The notes under the pieces are model-generated. The model was not told where the DNA came from, made no database searches, and was given only the letters and a program-made list of their open reading frames with translations. Below, in pieces: positions 62,950-64,000 of a DNA stretch of 64,000 nucleotides. This DNA is from Camelus dromedarius (lineage: Eukaryota), in the NCBI RefSeq assembly GCF_036321535.1, contig NC_087437.1, forward strand, positions 53,136,001 through 53,200,000. The letters are read 5' to 3'. The first letter of the stretch is position 1; each line of letters opens with the position of its first letter. The position numbers were made by a program, and so were the translations under genes.

Positions 62950-63170
62950 GATAGCTTTCCAGTCAGATAAAGCTGGAATTTGCTATCAGAGTGACTGTAA
63001 ATCAAATCACTTAACCTTTCTGAGCCTTATTTTCTTCATCCGTAAAATGGGTATCAATAAGAATATGTATGTTATAGGATTATTGTGAAAATCAATAGAG
63101 ATAATGCAGATAAAGTGAGTCACTGGTTCTCCAGCTCAGCAGGGACACCATAAATGTTAGCTAAATGTGA
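62950..63170 (+). mobile_element. MIR SINE
   Basis: 'aatcacttaacctttctgagcc...cttcatccgtaaaatgggt...ataggattattgtgaaaat'. Confidence 0.8.
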
Positions 63171-63809
63171 ATTCAGATTAAGTGGCAAAGAAAAGAGAAA
63201 AGTGAGTTCTGGGCAAAGAGAACAGTAAGAAAGGCTAAAGAGATTGGGGATCCCTAGAATAAGGAGTGGCTTTGGGAGCTGTTGAGGAAGAGGAAGCCAG
63301 AAAAGGCAGGACCAGGCCATGTGTGGAGTTGAGCTGATACCTACATCTAAGTTCTGCATCTGGGGTGCTTCTATTGGTCAGTTGCCACATCTCCTGGCCT
63401 TGGAGGACTGACTGTATGGTATTCCTGGGAAGTTCCCTGTCTCTGTAGTGATCCTCGTACCCACATGGCATGAAAGTGGCAGCCCCATTGGACTTCCTGG
63501 GCCCAAGAACCCAAAGGGCCTGGTCAGTGGCCATCTCAGCAGGAACCAGCGTGGTCTGAGGGCCAGGGAAGCCTCTCAGAATTTTTTGCTCTGCTGAAGA
63601 ATCCAGGGGCTTTTGCTGTACACTCCAGAGGTGGGGTTTGGGCAGTGAGGGGAGAACTCCAACAGAAACAGAGTGAATTACTGTAACCCATCAGAATCAA
63701 GTCTCCAAGTCAAATTTCATTTAATTTAGAAAAGGAGTTACATGACTTTCCCCATTTTGTGGACTAAACTTCTTATTATCTACCTATGTATAGAAGACTG
63801 CTATGTATC

Positions 63810-64000
63810 TGTATTAACCATGTCTTTTATTTTCTGTATTTGGATACTTTGACATCTGGGGCCTTGTCACCCTGGTCAATGCCCACCCTCACCCACTAAG
63901 AGTCAGTCAATTCCTAAAGAGAATGAACAACTTGCCTGTGAGTGTGCCTTTCAAATGCTAATCAACCATTCAGTACTCACACTCCCAACCAACTTACCTG
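63810..64000 (+). mobile_element. 5' part of an ERVL LTR (MER74-like), running off the window
   Basis: 'tgtattaaccatgtcttttattttctgtatttggatactttgacatctggggccttg...aattcctaaagag...gcctttcaaatgc'. Confidence 0.75.

Overview
Mammalian nuclear DNA that is almost entirely intronic or intergenic. The youngest L1 3' ends resemble camelid (alpaca/camel) L1. I saw no Alu, Bov-tA/BovB, PRE1, CHR or Can-SINE, so the species call is an inference. There is no complete protein-coding gene, RNA gene, CRISPR array or other prokaryotic system. The ORF track consists of chance ORFs in repeats, microsatellites and GC-rich DNA. The main functional landmark is a ~1.6 kb CpG island (~20520-22100). Its right edge carries GC boxes and (CG)n/(CA)n tracts. 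It most likely contains the first exon of a minus-strand gene ending at GAG|GTAAGA (21597/21596); I cannot name the gene. The rest is a mosaic of L1, L2, MIR, L3/CR1, MaLR/ERVL LTRs, hAT/Tigger fossils and microsatellites, with a few unique stretches that may be enhancers. The most interesting observations concern retrotransposition history: an MLT1 LTR fragment apparently retroposed by L1 (poly-A plus perfect 16-bp TSD), a three-level nested L1 with a probable 3' transduction and a twin-priming inversion, a CR1/L3 ORF2 fossil split over ~11 kb, and two local templated inversions. Repeat family names are from memory of consensus sequences, and boundaries of old repeats are approximate. I found no evidence for a new biological system.
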